A stretch of 63,783 bases of DNA, counting the filler, from Octopus bimaculoides (taxonomy: Eukaryota): the NCBI RefSeq assembly GCF_001194135.2. It is 7 parts of 7 records of this genome, joined end to end, with 100 filler letters (N's around TTAATTAATTAA, not from the genome) between each part and the next. Parts side by side here need not be neighbours in the genome. Positions count along the whole stretch, not along the records: positions 62,604 to 63,783 come from NW_026338242.1; 6 more parts are not named here. One strand, given 5' to 3'. The notes below the pieces were generated by a model. The model was not told where the DNA came from, did no database searches, and worked only from the letters and a program-made list of their open reading frames with translations. Made by a program: the position numbers and the translations under genes. Below, piece after piece: positions 63,736 through 63,783 of the stretch. The first letter of the stretch is position 1. Each line of letters opens with the position of its first letter.

Positions 63736-63783
63736 TGTATATATATATATGTATGTATATATATATATATATGTATGTATATA

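Overview
AT-rich, repeat-saturated eukaryotic draft-scaffold DNA. It is most likely octopus/coleoid cephalopod, judged from the SINE, RTE and Penelope families and the dense (TA)n/(CA)n/(CAT)n microsatellites; the species is inferred, not proven. Roughly 10% is N, and six 100-nt spacers containing TTAATTAATTAA mark contig joins. There is no complete gene, and almost every ORF in the supplied track is an artefact of N runs, microsatellites or decayed transposons. Host coding signal is limited to spliced exons: (i) two phase-compatible + strand exons (34850-34910, 37680-37767) encoding TM3-ICL2 of a Dictyostelium cAMP-receptor-like (CrlA/GPR157-type) GPCR; (ii) one + strand exon (27765-27861) resembling the N-terminal helix of a class B (PTH/calcitonin-receptor-like) GPCR; (iii) three candidate - strand exons of an unidentified protein (11320-11546, 3044-3106, 2871-2963). 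The rest is a layered transposon landscape: RTE LINEs (two ending in C2H2 zinc fingers), CR1, jockey/I-like, Tx1-like and R4/Dong fragments, Penelope-like elements, Tc1/mariner copies and a MITE, Helentron-type elements, a solo LTR with an ACTT target-site duplication, and at least five tRNA-derived SINE families. Structures not shown by the ORF track are about 11 dispersed minimal hammerhead-ribozyme motifs (some with unusual cores, one downstream of a tRNA-like head), four 250-380 bp foldback palindromes, and alternating CpG-depleted and CpG-retaining domains that switch near contig joins.
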